A DNA stretch of 53,613 bases. It comes from a virus. Taxonomy: Duplodnaviria > Caudoviricetes. A program made the translations under genes and the position numbers. Positions within the stretch are counted from its first letter, which is position 1. Each line of letters opens with the position of its first letter. The stretch lies in the IMG/VR virus record IMGVR_UViG_3300042868_001142, positions 1 to 53,613 of that record. One strand, given 5' to 3'. Shown here one piece after another: positions 41,255 to 51,606 of the stretch. The notes beneath the pieces are model-generated. The model searched no databases, had not been told where the DNA came from, and saw nothing but the letters and a program-made list of their open reading frames with translations.

Positions 41255-41289
41255 GAATGGGGCTTCGGCCCCGTTCTCGTAACTTTTTT
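41255..41289 (+). terminator. cUUCGg hairpin after the coat gene
   Basis: GAATGGGGC-TTCG-GCCCCGTTC with a downstream T run. Confidence 0.55.
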
Positions 41290-41303
41290 GAAAGGACTTT
41301 ATC

Positions 41304-41702
41304 ATGGCTCTTCCTAATGGCGCTGGTGGCTACCAGATTGGCGACGGCAACGTCGGCGAAGCTCAACTGTTTGTTCAAGGTGCCCCGACTGCACTGACCG
41401 CCGCAGCTACTGCTACAGCTGCTCAACTGGCAAACGGCCTGTTCACTTTCAACGGCACCGCCGGCAACCTGACGTTGCCGACCGTTGCTGAAGTAGAAGC
41501 GGACATTTCTAGCGCGTCTAAAGTGAACGCCGCGTTTGACTTCTTCGTCATCAACATTGATGCTGGCACTGACGACGTGACTGTGGCTACGGCCACGGGC
41601 TGGACGCTGGTTGGCAACATGGTTGTGACCGAGACTACCTCGGGCCACTTCCGTGCCCGCAAGACCGGCGACGGTTCTTGGACCTGCTACCGCATTTCTT
41701 AA
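41304..41702 (+). CDS. Putative capsid decoration protein
   Basis: 132 aa A/T/G-rich, after the coat gene, SD AAAGGA. Confidence 0.65.
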   Translation: MALPNGAGGYQIGDGNVGEAQLFVQGAPTALTAAATATAAQLANGLFTFNGTAGNLTLPTVAEVEADISSASKVNAAFDFFVINIDAGTDDVTVATATGWTLVGNMVVTETTSGHFRARKTGDGSWTCYRIS

Positions 41703-41707
41703 AACCG

Positions 41708-41731
41708 ACAGGGGCTTCGGCCCCTGTTTTT
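41708..41731 (+). terminator. Intrinsic terminator
   Basis: ACAGGGGC-TTCG-GCCCCTGT-TTTT. Confidence 0.7.
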
Positions 41732-41742
41732 AAAGGAACATC

Positions 41743-42261
41743 ATGCCTAATACCAAGTCTGTAGGCGTTGCGTTTAGCGACCCTGAACTGACCTCCGGCA
41801 CAACGATTACGGGGGCAATCATCGACAGCACGTCGAAGGTTTTGTCCAACATCGCCAACGGTCTTACCGCGTCTCAACAAGGCGCGACTATCACCACCAC
41901 CGGCAACAGCGACGTTTTCATCATCGCCCCTGCGGCGGGGGTGCTGACTTCTGCTGTGTTTTCGGGTGTGGACGCGCTGGCTGCAAGCGACACCAACTTC
42001 ATCACGTTTTCCGTCACCAACCTTGGAACTACGGGTTCCGGCTCCGCCGTTATGCTGGCGGCCACCGATGCCAATACGACCAAGACTACTGGCGGAACTG
42101 CGCTGACGGCTAACGCCGCACGCACGCTGGCTATCAACGGTACTGCTGCCAATTTGGTGGTGGCTGCCGGCGATCGTCTGCGTATTCGTGCAGCCGCAAC
42201 TGGCACGCTTGCCAACACGGTGACGTTTCCCGTCTACCGTCTTAACTTTAGCGTTGCGTAA
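41743..42261 (+). CDS. Putative virion structural protein
   Basis: 172 aa beta-rich, MPNTK.VGVAF.DP start. Confidence 0.6.
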   Translation: MPNTKSVGVAFSDPELTSGTTITGAIIDSTSKVLSNIANGLTASQQGATITTTGNSDVFIIAPAAGVLTSAVFSGVDALAASDTNFITFSVTNLGTTGSGSAVMLAATDANTTKTTGGTALTANAARTLAINGTAANLVVAAGDRLRIRAAATGTLANTVTFPVYRLNFSVA

Positions 42262-42265
42262 TCGG

Positions 42266-42287
42266 GCGGGGGCTTCGGTCCCCGCTT
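42266..42287 (+). terminator. cUUCGg hairpin
   Basis: GCGGGGGC-TTCG-GTCCCCGC, weak U tract. Confidence 0.45.
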
Positions 42288-42295
42288 CTACACAT

Positions 42296-42484
42296 ATGGC
42301 AGCAATCTACCTTACCCATCCCGTCCACGGCGCCAAAGTCGCTACGCTGGACATTGAAGCTGATTTGGATGTCCAAAACGGCTGGTCACGGTACAATCCC
42401 GAGCCAGAGACTGAAGAAGTCAGCCCCGAGCCTGTGGCGCGGCGCAGCCGACGCAATAAGGACGTTTTAATCCAAGAGGAATAG
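42296..42484 (+). CDS. Small hypothetical protein
   Basis: IYL.HP.HGAKVA....EA..D..NGW..Y. Confidence 0.65.
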   Translation: MAAIYLTHPVHGAKVATLDIEADLDVQNGWSRYNPEPETEEVSPEPVARRSRRNKDVLIQEE

Positions 42485-42485
42485 C

Positions 42486-43217
42486 ATGGCGACCTACACC
42501 GCAGGCGAACAGATTAACCGGGCGTTGCGGCTGCTAGGTGTGCTGGCCGAGAGCGAAACGCCGACGGCCGCTGTGTCTCAAGACGCCTTGATGGCGCTCA
42601 ACCAGATGATCGACTCGTGGAACACCGAGCGGTTGTCTGTCTTTGCCACCATCGACCAGATCGTCAACTGGCCGGTCGGCTCGATCAACGAAACCCTTGG
42701 CCCTAGCGGCTCCTTGGTGCGCCTCAATGGCACCGCCGTGCGCCCGGTCTTGGTGGACGACGCCACCTACTTCAAAGACCCCGGCACGGGCGTGTCCTAC
42801 GGCATCAAGCTGATCAATCAGCAGCAGTACGACGGCATCGCGGTCAAGACCGTGACCTCGACCTTCCCGCAGGTGATGTTCGTCAACAACACCTACCCGA
42901 ACTTCGACATCTACATCTACCCGCGCCCGACACGGCTGCTGGAGTGGCACTTCATCAGCGTGCAAGAGTTGACGCAGCCGGCTGAGTTGGTCACTGAGAT
43001 TCTTTTCCCGCCAGGCTACCTGCGGGCCTTCACATACAACTTGGCTTGCGAGCTTGCGCCAGAGTTTGGCGTCGAGCCGTCGCCTCAAGTGCAGCGCATT
43101 GCCATGACCAGCAAGCGCAACCTCAAGCGCATCAACAACCCTGACGATGTGATGTCGATGCCGTACTCGCTGATTGCGACGCGGCAGCGGTTCAACATCT
43201 ACGCCGGCAACTATTGA
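42486..43217 (+). CDS. Head-tail adaptor, P22 gp4-like
   Basis: INRALRLLGVL...AL.ALNQMIDSW, PPGY..A..YNLA.ELAPEFG. Confidence 0.75.
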   Translation: MATYTAGEQINRALRLLGVLAESETPTAAVSQDALMALNQMIDSWNTERLSVFATIDQIVNWPVGSINETLGPSGSLVRLNGTAVRPVLVDDATYFKDPGTGVSYGIKLINQQQYDGIAVKTVTSTFPQVMFVNNTYPNFDIYIYPRPTRLLEWHFISVQELTQPAELVTEILFPPGYLRAFTYNLACELAPEFGVEPSPQVQRIAMTSKRNLKRINNPDDVMSMPYSLIATRQRFNIYAGNY

Positions 43218-44662
43218 TGAAAACGCCGATCTTAGGTTCCAGCTACGTCGCCCGCAGCGTCAATGCTGCGGACAACCGCATGGTCAACATGTACCCCGAG
43301 ATCGTGCCCGAAGGCGGCAAGAGCGCGGCGTTTCTGTCGCGCTGCCCTGGCCTGCGCCGGCTGGTTGCGGCCGGCAGCGGCCCGATCCGTGGGCTGTGGG
43401 TGCTCAAGGAGTACCTGTACGCCGTCTCAGGCGACACGTTCTACCGGCTCAACGTGATCGGCGACACGACCCGCTGGAAGATCAAGCCATTGGGCACGGT
43501 GACCGGAACCGGCCCGGTGTCCATATCGGACAACGGCACGCAGATTTTCATCGCCTGCAACCCCGACGGCTTCATCTACAACGCGACCACTGAGGTGTTC
43601 GCTAAGATCACTGACCCGGATTTCCCCGGCGCGGTCAAGGTGGGCTACCTTGATGGCTACTTCGTGTTCAACGAACCTAACAGCGCGCGGGTGTGGGTGA
43701 CGTCCTTGCTCGACGGCCTGTCTGTCGATCCGCTTGACTTCGCCAGCGCCGAGGGTGACCCGGACGGCTTGGTGTCGCTGATCGTCGATCACCGCGAGGC
43801 GTGGCTGTTCGGCACCAACTCGATCGAGGTCTGGTACGACGCGGGGCTGCCTGACTTCCCGTTGCAGCGCATCCAAGGCGCGTTCAACGAGATCGGCTGC
43901 GCTGCCCCGTACTCGGTTGCCAAGCTCGACAACGGCCTGTTCTGGCTGGGGTCTGACGCTCGCGGCCGAGGCATCGTCTACCGCGCCAACGGCTACACCG
44001 GCACGCGCATCTCAACCCATGCGATTGAGTGGCAAATCCAGCAGTACGGCAACTTGTCGGATGCCATCGGCTACACCTACCAGCAAGACGGTCACGCCTT
44101 CTACGTGCTGATTTTCCCGAGCGCCCAGACCACTTGGGTCTACGACGTGGCGACCCAAGCCTGGCACGAGCGGGCCGGCTGGGACAATGGCGACTTTGTG
44201 CGCCATCGGTCTAACTGCCAGGCGGTCTACGACGACCAGATCGTTGTCGGCGACTTCGAGAACGGCAACATCTACGCCTTTGACCTGAACGAGTACGCCG
44301 ACAACGGCGACATACAGAAGTGGCTGCGCTCGTGGCGGGCGCTGCCGCCCGGCACCAACACCCTCAAGAGGACCGCGCACCACAGCCTGCAAGTCGATTG
44401 CGAGGCGGGCGTCGGCACCAACACCGGCCAAGGCAGCGACCCGCAGATGATGCTGCGCTGGTCGGACGACGGCGGGCACACTTGGTCTAACGAGTATTGG
44501 GTGCCGATGGGCAAGATCGGCGAGTACTACCGCCGCGTCATTTGGCGGCGGCTGGGCATGACGCTCAAGCTGCGTGACCGTGTGTACGAGATTTCGGGCA
44601 CAGACCCTGTCAAGCTCGCTATCATGGACGCCGAACTGATCGTGTCGCCGACCAATGCCTGA
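43217..44662 (+). CDS. Tail hub / packaged DNA stabilisation protein, P22 gp10-like
   Basis: DFASAEG.PD, GCAA..S, RIST.AIE, LRWSDDGG.TWS. Confidence 0.85.
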   Translation: MKTPILGSSYVARSVNAADNRMVNMYPEIVPEGGKSAAFLSRCPGLRRLVAAGSGPIRGLWVLKEYLYAVSGDTFYRLNVIGDTTRWKIKPLGTVTGTGPVSISDNGTQIFIACNPDGFIYNATTEVFAKITDPDFPGAVKVGYLDGYFVFNEPNSARVWVTSLLDGLSVDPLDFASAEGDPDGLVSLIVDHREAWLFGTNSIEVWYDAGLPDFPLQRIQGAFNEIGCAAPYSVAKLDNGLFWLGSDARGRGIVYRANGYTGTRISTHAIEWQIQQYGNLSDAIGYTYQQDGHAFYVLIFPSAQTTWVYDVATQAWHERAGWDNGDFVRHRSNCQAVYDDQIVVGDFENGNIYAFDLNEYADNGDIQKWLRSWRALPPGTNTLKRTAHHSLQVDCEAGVGTNTGQGSDPQMMLRWSDDGGHTWSNEYWVPMGKIGEYYRRVIWRRLGMTLKLRDRVYEISGTDPVKLAIMDAELIVSPTNA

Positions 44663-46241
44663 ACAGCAAAATATCACCAACATACCCTCTAACCGTGTCG
44701 AGATCATTGATCCGCGCACGGGGATGGTGTCGCGTGAGTGGTATCGGTTCTTTCTCAACCTGTTCAACCTTGCCGGCAACGGCGGCAACCAGACGTCGCT
44801 AGACGATCTGCAAGTCGGCCCTCCGCCGATACCAGACTCCGGCGGTGGGGGTGGCGGCTCGGGCACGGTGACCTCGGTCAACATGACGGTGCCTACGGGG
44901 CTGTCCGTCTCCGGCAACCCGGTCACCACGGCCGGCACGCTGGCGGTCACCTACACAGCCGGCTACTCCATCCCCACCACTGCAAGCCAAACGAATTGGG
45001 ATACAGCCTATTCGGAGCGGTTGCAGTGGGACGGCGGGGCCACGAACCTTGTGGCCGCCACGGGCCGCACGTCGCTCGGCGCCACGACGGTGGGCGCTAA
45101 CTTCTTCACTCTAGCCAACCCCAGCGCCATTACGTTCGTCCAGATCAACGCGGACAACAGCATCACCACGATGGACGCGCCCACGTTCCGCACGGCCATT
45201 GGCGCGGGCACTGGTTCGGGCACGGTGACGTCGGTCAGTGGCACAGGCACGGTCAGCGGGCTGACCCTGACCGGCACGGTGACGTCCTCGGGCAGCCTGA
45301 CGTTGGGCGGCACGCTGGCCGTCACGCCGTCGGACTTTGCGTCCCAGAGCGCCAATACGTTCTTGGCCGCGCCCAACGGCTCTGCGGGCGTGCCGTCTTT
45401 CCGCACAATAGTTGCTGCCGACGTGCCGGCCCTGAGCTACGTCAGTTCAGTTGGCGCCTCGGCCCCGCTGGCGTCTACGGGAGGGTTAACCCCTACGCTC
45501 AGTATCCCGGTTGCTACGTCCAGCGCCGACGGCTACCTGTCCAGCACCGACTGGAGCACGTTCAACAGCAAGCAGCCGGCAGGAGCGTACCTGACCTCGG
45601 TGGCTGTGGCGACGGCCAACGGGTTTGCGGGCACTTCTAGCGGCGGCACAACGCCGTCCCTGACGCTCACGACCAGCGTGACTGGGGTGCTCAAGGGCGA
45701 CGGCACGGCGATCTCTGCGGCCACGGCGGGCACCGACTACTCGGCTGGCACCAGTTCGCTGGCAACTGGCATCCTGAAGTCCACCACAGGGACTGGCGCG
45801 CTGACGATCGCTGTCGCAGGCGATTTCCCAACCCTCAATCAGAACACCACGGGCACTGCGGCCAACGTGACTGGCACGGTGGCGATCGCCAACGGCGGCA
45901 CGGGCCAGACCACTCAAACGGCGGCGTTTGACGCCCTGTCGCCCTTGACCACCAAGGGCGACCTGATCGGGTTCGACGGCACGGACAACGTGCGGCTGGC
46001 CGTGGGCACGAACAACCAAGTGCTGACGGCCGACTCGACCACGGCTACGGGCCTCAAGTGGGCTGCGGCGTCTGGGGGCAGCAGCAACATCACGGCGCTG
46101 GGGCTGTGGGAAAATAACGCGACGATTTCGGCCAACTATTCGATCACTGCCGGCAACAACGGGATGTCCTCTGGCCCGATTTCGGTGGCCTCTGGCGTCA
46201 CGGTTACGGTGCCGTCAGGCTCGTCGTGGGCTGTTGTTTAA
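44655..46241 (+). CDS. Tail-associated fibre-like protein
   Basis: N-terminal REWYRFF module, GSGTVTSV repeats, IANGGTG, LTTKGDL; C-terminal EN...GPISV...VTVP...W domain. Confidence 0.65.
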   Translation: MPEQQNITNIPSNRVEIIDPRTGMVSREWYRFFLNLFNLAGNGGNQTSLDDLQVGPPPIPDSGGGGGGSGTVTSVNMTVPTGLSVSGNPVTTAGTLAVTYTAGYSIPTTASQTNWDTAYSERLQWDGGATNLVAATGRTSLGATTVGANFFTLANPSAITFVQINADNSITTMDAPTFRTAIGAGTGSGTVTSVSGTGTVSGLTLTGTVTSSGSLTLGGTLAVTPSDFASQSANTFLAAPNGSAGVPSFRTIVAADVPALSYVSSVGASAPLASTGGLTPTLSIPVATSSADGYLSSTDWSTFNSKQPAGAYLTSVAVATANGFAGTSSGGTTPSLTLTTSVTGVLKGDGTAISAATAGTDYSAGTSSLATGILKSTTGTGALTIAVAGDFPTLNQNTTGTAANVTGTVAIANGGTGQTTQTAAFDALSPLTTKGDLIGFDGTDNVRLAVGTNNQVLTADSTTATGLKWAAASGGSSNITALGLWENNATISANYSITAGNNGMSSGPISVASGVTVTVPSGSSWAVV

Positions 46242-46250
46242 GGAATTAAC

Positions 46251-46592
46251 ATGACCGTCACAGCGCGAAACCTAGTGCCTGCGAAGCTGGTGGAGGACAC
46301 CCAGACTACTCAGTACATCGTGCCGACCAACGCCACGGCCACGATCATCGACAAGTTCACCGCGACAAATGTCAGTGGTAGCCCGGCCACAATCAGTGTA
46401 AACTTGGTCACAGGTTCGGACGTCCCAGGTAACAACAACTTGATCACCAAGACCAAAAGTCTAGCGGCGGCCGAGGTCTACACGTTTCCTGAATTGGTGG
46501 GGCAGATCATGCCAACAGCCTCGTTCATCTCAACGATTGCCAGTGCTGCCAGCGCCATCAACATGCGTGTCAGTGGGCGCGAAGTGACGTAA
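46251..46592 (+). CDS. Small tail-associated protein
   Basis: 113 aa beta-rich, IDKFTATN, SGRE end; SD AAGGA. Confidence 0.6.
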   Translation: MTVTARNLVPAKLVEDTQTTQYIVPTNATATIIDKFTATNVSGSPATISVNLVTGSDVPGNNNLITKTKSLAAAEVYTFPELVGQIMPTASFISTIASAASAINMRVSGREVT

Positions 46593-46602
46593 GGAGATCG
46601 CA

Positions 46603-47313
46603 ATGGTTTGGAACGTAATTATTCCCGCCGCCGCCGCGTTAGTCGGCGGTCGTATGTCGGCTAGAGCAGCAACTAGCGCGGCTGAAACTCAAGCCGCCGC
46701 CGCAGATCGCGCATCTGAAGTGCAGCGCGACATTTTTGAGCGGCAGGTTGAACTTAGCAGACCTTATCGAGAGGCCGGCGAACTCGCGCTCAACAAACTC
46801 ATCCCTCTGGCGACCGAGTACACGCCGTTTGGGATGGAGCAGTTCCAAGCCGATCCGGGCTATGCGTTCCGCATGTCTGAGGGCATGAAAGGTTTGGAGC
46901 GGTCGGCTGCGGCTCGTGGCGGCCTGCTGTCTGGCTCCATGCTTAAAGGCATCCAGCGGTACGGCCAAGACCTTGGCTCGCAAGAGTACATGAATGCGTT
47001 TAATCGGTACCAGACTGAGCGCAACGCGCGGCTCAACCCGTTGCAATCGCTTGCCGGCGTGGGCCAGACTGCGTCGCAGACGTTGGGCGAAGCGGCGCGC
47101 GGCTATGGTACTAATGTTGGCAACCTCATGATGGGTTCTGCTGAAGCTGCGGGTAACGCACGAATGGCTCGCGCATCGGCCTACGGTAACACGCTGAACC
47201 AACTAGCGTATTTGGGCGGCCGTTACATGGGTGGCGGTGGCGGTGGTGGTGGTGGTGGCGGTGGCGGCGGTGGTGGCTACATGCCGGGCTATGACCCTTA
47301 TCTTGACAGGTAA
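46603..47313 (+). CDS. DNA ejection (pilot) protein, P22 gp7-like, with a poly-Gly tail
   Basis: Ala-rich N-terminus, DPGY.FR..EG, SAAARGGLLSG; 16 Gly codons at 47230..47277. Confidence 0.75.
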   Translation: MVWNVIIPAAAALVGGRMSARAATSAAETQAAAADRASEVQRDIFERQVELSRPYREAGELALNKLIPLATEYTPFGMEQFQADPGYAFRMSEGMKGLERSAAARGGLLSGSMLKGIQRYGQDLGSQEYMNAFNRYQTERNARLNPLQSLAGVGQTASQTLGEAARGYGTNVGNLMMGSAEAAGNARMARASAYGNTLNQLAYLGGRYMGGGGGGGGGGGGGGGGYMPGYDPYLDR

Positions 47314-47319
47314 CTAATC

Positions 47320-49332
47320 ATGGCACTTAATTTCGGGTCTTTTCAGACTGCTCAACCAGTCACTGCGTTTTTCAAAGGCCAAGAAGATGTGGCCCGTGAA
47401 GCGCTCGCGCAGGAAAACAGGATGCTGGCGCGGGAAAAGCTATCGCAAGAGCGCGAGGTGAACGCTCTGCGTAGGCAGCAACTGATGGGTGAAATGCAGC
47501 AGCAGCAACAGACGCAGCGTAAACAAGCCCGCGTAGAAAAAACGGGCTTGTTTCGTGATCGTCTTCTCCGCGCAGCAGACCCAAACGCGGCCCGTGAAGT
47601 TGTCAGGATGCAGTACGCTGACCCGGATGTAGGCCCGTTTCTGTCGCAATTTAGCACGCTGGACCAAGCACTGGCTGAGGTGCCGGAAGACCCGACGAGA
47701 TTTGAAGCCTACCGCCAACAAGAGGCGATGGGCATGGGTGAGTGGATCAAAAGCCAAGCGGCTGAACGAAAGACGCTTGACAACCAACGGCGGTGGGAGG
47801 CGTATCAAGCCAGCCGGCGTCCCGGTGGCGGCGCGTCGTTGGCGCCGGCTGTTGCACAAGAGCCGCCCGCAGAGGCCGCTCCGGCAGCGCAACCTGTTGA
47901 TAGGCCTGTAGCCGCAGAATCGGTGTTTCCAAGAAAAGATGCTGTTTTTAGCAATCCAACGAGAGCCGTTTCCGAAGATGAAGCTGGGCGTATTAACAGT
48001 GCAATTAGGACTTACAACCAAGCTATGCAGCTTGCTGCTGGTGAAACACCTTCTTGGTGGGCTGGAAAAGAACCTTTGGATGCAAACGCAAGACAAAAGG
48101 AACTTGGCATAGCAGAAGACCTCCGGAAATCACTTGAAACACTCTACGGCATTCAGTTGGTTCGGCCGTATGGCACTCCAAGTACGGCGCCCCGATCTCC
48201 AATCATAGGCACTCCGCCCGCGCCTGCCGCCGCACCTGTCGCCGCGCCCGCAGGCGCTGCCAACGTGCTGGCCGCTCAACAAGGCGCCGCACCGCCGGAA
48301 AGCCTCAACCAGTTGGCCGTTGGGCCTAATCTGCAAAGTTTGCTCAGTGACTACCGCGAAGTGTCGGAAATAGACACGCCTGGCGCCCGAGCTGAAGCAG
48401 CGCTTTTACTTAAACAGATTGACGCGGCGTTCAAACGTAATACGTTGTCAGATCGTTTTGTGCCTGTCGGTAACTTGGTGTTTGACCGTCAAACCGAACG
48501 ATTTATCACCCCAACAGAAGCGCAGTTGGCCGCGACACGCGCGCAGCCGCAGCCTGGTGCGCCAGTTGCGGTCATTGGCCCTGACGGTAAACCGAGGTAC
48601 GTCACACGCGAACAGGCTATCGGCCTGACACCGTTTACGCCTGCGGCTGTGCAAGTGTTGGGTATGGGGCCGGGGCGTGAGCCAACAGCGGCGGCTCGTC
48701 AGCCAGCAGGCGCAGCAGGTGCAGCAGGTGCAGCAGGCGCTCCGCAACCCAGACCGCTTACAGCAGTGCAGGAGGCCGCGCGCCGAGACAAACTTGGGAA
48801 AGAGTTTAAGTCGGCTACCGCCGCACTTCAGACCACTCAAGACGTTCTTGACTCGATTTTGTTTGTCAGGGCTGAACCCGGTCTGTCAAGAGCCACTGGC
48901 TTTACCGGAACCTTTTTGCCATCCTTCTCTGAAGGCGCGGCGGCGTCGGCAGAGACACGGCTGAAGAACTTGGAGGGCAAAGTCACCGCCCTCGGTAAAG
49001 CTCAAGCGGCTGCAACCGGCGCAATCGGGTCTATTGCCAACCAAGAGTGGCAAATTCTGCGCGACCAGATTGCTGCTATTGACCGAACCAAAGGTACGGG
49101 GCCGCTCTTGAAACAGTTGGAGTTGGTAGAACTGCAAGCTAAAGGTGCGATGGCGCGCATTCGGGATGCGTACCAAAGACAGTTCGGCGAAGATTTTGAG
49201 CGGTTTCCTCAGTTCTCCGACCTGCCGCCGCCCCAATCGTCGTTTAGGCCCGGCGCGGCGCCTGGAGCGGCGCCTGGAGCGGCGCAACAAGGAACCGGCA
49301 GATTTAGATACCTTGGCACAGAGGCTAAATAA
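47320..49332 (+). CDS. Putative DNA ejection protein (gp20 position)
   Basis: helical, Q/A/P-rich; synteny after the gp7-like gene. Confidence 0.6.
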   Translation: MALNFGSFQTAQPVTAFFKGQEDVAREALAQENRMLAREKLSQEREVNALRRQQLMGEMQQQQQTQRKQARVEKTGLFRDRLLRAADPNAAREVVRMQYADPDVGPFLSQFSTLDQALAEVPEDPTRFEAYRQQEAMGMGEWIKSQAAERKTLDNQRRWEAYQASRRPGGGASLAPAVAQEPPAEAAPAAQPVDRPVAAESVFPRKDAVFSNPTRAVSEDEAGRINSAIRTYNQAMQLAAGETPSWWAGKEPLDANARQKELGIAEDLRKSLETLYGIQLVRPYGTPSTAPRSPIIGTPPAPAAAPVAAPAGAANVLAAQQGAAPPESLNQLAVGPNLQSLLSDYREVSEIDTPGARAEAALLLKQIDAAFKRNTLSDRFVPVGNLVFDRQTERFITPTEAQLAATRAQPQPGAPVAVIGPDGKPRYVTREQAIGLTPFTPAAVQVLGMGPGREPTAAARQPAGAAGAAGAAGAPQPRPLTAVQEAARRDKLGKEFKSATAALQTTQDVLDSILFVRAEPGLSRATGFTGTFLPSFSEGAAASAETRLKNLEGKVTALGKAQAAATGAIGSIANQEWQILRDQIAAIDRTKGTGPLLKQLELVELQAKGAMARIRDAYQRQFGEDFERFPQFSDLPPPQSSFRPGAAPGAAPGAAQQGTGRFRYLGTEAK

Positions 49333-51572
49333 TGGCTACCAAATACCGCGTTCAAGGCCCAGACGGTGCAATTCATATTTTTGAAGGCCCAGACAATGCG
49401 ACGCCCGCTGAAGTGGAAGCGTTCGCGGCGCGGGTTTTTGAGGGTGTTGGTGCCAGGCGGCCCGGTTCTGCTGTAGACCAGATACCCGGCTACGGTCGGC
49501 CAGTGCCCGCCGCTGCAACGCGGCAAGACGCTATCCCAACCCGCAGACAAGCAATCGCTGAGTTTATCGCGCCTACAGTAGAGGCCTTGGGCACTGTTGG
49601 CGGCGCGGTGGTCGGCGCTCCAGTAGGGCCGGCAGGTGCGGTGGTTGGCGCTGGCGCAGGCTACGCGGGCGCTAAGGAACTCATGCGCGCGGTGGGGGGT
49701 GGCGCCGCACCTGAAACGCTGTCTCAATCTGCTGTTCGTCAAACAAGAAACGTGCTTGAGGGCGCTACGATGGAGGCCGCAGGCCGAGGGGTCATCGCGC
49801 CAATAATTGGAAAAGGCATGGAGTACGCCAGTAAGCTTAGAAACGTCAAGCTAGACACGTACATCAAAGCGATTGGCAACAAAGGCGACGACATCGTAAA
49901 CGCGCTTAGGGGGCGGGCGTCAGCCGTCCCTGGCGCCGCCCCGACAGCGGGCGAAGTCGCTGCGCCTGCGGGCAGTGCTGGGTTTTCTACGCTACAAGCC
50001 AGAGCGTTGGAAGTTCCTGCGATGTCCGATACCTACGCGGATATGGCGGCCCAGACAAACCAAGCGCGGCTGGCTCAACAAGCCCGAGCCGATGCAAAGT
50101 TTCGGGCGTCAGCAGACAGAGTTAATCGAAGAATTGAGTCTGGCTTGACAAACGTCAGCCAGCGCGAGGCAGGGCAGACGCTGTTGGATGCGGCAAGAGC
50201 CGAGCAACAGACGGCAAAATTAACGGTTACTGAACCAGCGTACAACCGGGCGTTTGCGGCAGCAGGCGACGCCAAGATCGATGTCGGCAACGTGATCAGT
50301 GAAGCCGAGTCCATTTTGGGCCGGAAGCTGTCTACGTTTGACCCGAGCACCGCGCCGGCAACAGTTACTAAGCTGCTGTCCTTGCAGCCCGCCGCGCCTG
50401 CGGCAAAGCCCCTTGGCTCTGGCTTGGTGTCTTCTCGCATAAACGCCCCTACGCCGCCTGCTGCTGCGCCTGAAGTCACGCTCGCGCAGCTTGATGACGT
50501 TCGCAAGGCCATCAACGCTGACATCGCCGCCGCAGCTAGGTCTAGCGACCCCTCGGCGGCAGTGACGCTTCGCAACCTCGGCAAGCTGCACCGCGCGATC
50601 GACGCTGCGGTTGACTCTAGCTCTACGCTGCCCGCAGAGGCCAAGGCGTTGTACACAGAGGCGCTTAATACCTACCGCACGCAGTACGCGCCCCGGTTTA
50701 AGACCGGCGTCAACGCAAACTTGTTCAAGCAGACGTCGCTTAACGAGCCTCGGCTCAACCCCGACGACGTGATCAAGACGTACTTCCAGCCCAAGGGCGA
50801 GCGCGAAGCCCAGCAGTTTGTGACGATGTTTGGCAAGAACGCCGACGCTACCCGCGTGGCGCGCGCCGGCATCGAGGACTTGTACCGCAGAGAAGTCACC
50901 GACGCTGCCGGCCGCGTGACGCCAGAAGCACACGCTAAGTTTTTGAAAAAGTACGCCGATCCGATCCGCATTCTCGACGAGGCAGGCATGAGCCTCACGC
51001 CTCGGCTGGACGCAGTAGCCAAGGACGCGGCACGTCTGGCAAGAATTGAGTCGCTCGCGGCTGCAAGTCAGAACAAACTTGCGCCGCCGCTGCCGCCAGG
51101 ATCGAACGCTTTGGCGATCGACAAGCGCATTGCTGAGTTGACCAAAAACTTTACGCCCCAGCAGTTGTCGCACGTCAACGCCGTCCGCGATGATCTTCTG
51201 CGAGAGGGTGAGTACCAGCGGCTTGTGGACGCTGGTGCGAAATCTGACATTAAAGTTCGCGGCTTGGGGACTGAAACAGGCCGCGAATTAGGGCTTCCAT
51301 TGCCTCCTCTTCTTAACACCTCAATCACGATCTTTAACAACGCGGTTAAAAAGCTGGCGCTCAGGATGGACGACAAGATCGCGATGGAGATCGCTCGCGA
51401 AATGACCAGCCCTGCCAAAGCGGCTGAAATGGTCGAGGCTGCTATGGCGCTGCGCCGCAGCCGCGAGATGAACCAGATGCCTGAGTTCTACGGCCGCGCT
51501 GCCGCACAGTTCGGAAACGAGTTGTCTCGCCGGGCAGAGCCGATGCAGCAATCTAACGCCCTTGCGCGCTGA
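49332..51572 (+). CDS. Putative DNA ejection protein (gp16 position)
   Basis: N-terminal YRVQGPDG..H.FEGP motif, Gly/Ala hydrophobic segment, helical body. Confidence 0.6.
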   Translation: MATKYRVQGPDGAIHIFEGPDNATPAEVEAFAARVFEGVGARRPGSAVDQIPGYGRPVPAAATRQDAIPTRRQAIAEFIAPTVEALGTVGGAVVGAPVGPAGAVVGAGAGYAGAKELMRAVGGGAAPETLSQSAVRQTRNVLEGATMEAAGRGVIAPIIGKGMEYASKLRNVKLDTYIKAIGNKGDDIVNALRGRASAVPGAAPTAGEVAAPAGSAGFSTLQARALEVPAMSDTYADMAAQTNQARLAQQARADAKFRASADRVNRRIESGLTNVSQREAGQTLLDAARAEQQTAKLTVTEPAYNRAFAAAGDAKIDVGNVISEAESILGRKLSTFDPSTAPATVTKLLSLQPAAPAAKPLGSGLVSSRINAPTPPAAAPEVTLAQLDDVRKAINADIAAAARSSDPSAAVTLRNLGKLHRAIDAAVDSSSTLPAEAKALYTEALNTYRTQYAPRFKTGVNANLFKQTSLNEPRLNPDDVIKTYFQPKGEREAQQFVTMFGKNADATRVARAGIEDLYRREVTDAAGRVTPEAHAKFLKKYADPIRILDEAGMSLTPRLDAVAKDAARLARIESLAAASQNKLAPPLPPGSNALAIDKRIAELTKNFTPQQLSHVNAVRDDLLREGEYQRLVDAGAKSDIKVRGLGTETGRELGLPLPPLLNTSITIFNNAVKKLALRMDDKIAMEIAREMTSPAKAAEMVEAAMALRRSREMNQMPEFYGRAAAQFGNELSRRAEPMQQSNALAR

Positions 51573-51589
51573 CCGCAATTAGCTAGAAT
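51562..51589 (+). promoter_or_regulatory. Candidate promoter for tail genes
   Basis: TTGCGC-16nt-TAGAAT; same -35 as at 23734..23739. Confidence 0.35.
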
Positions 51590-51606
51590 CCACCAAGGAC
51601 TAAGAC

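Noticed and set aside
40281-41648. 455-aa minus-strand ORF (also 12940..13914, 19153..20427, 36507..37433, 44012..44950, 50220..51173)
   Set aside because: Antisense shadows of well-supported GC3-rich genes, with no recognisable motifs
5283-42285. Shared GGGGCTTCGG(C/T)CCC hairpins in both modules as proof of one genome
   Set aside because: cUUCGg hairpins are generic in phages and do not discriminate
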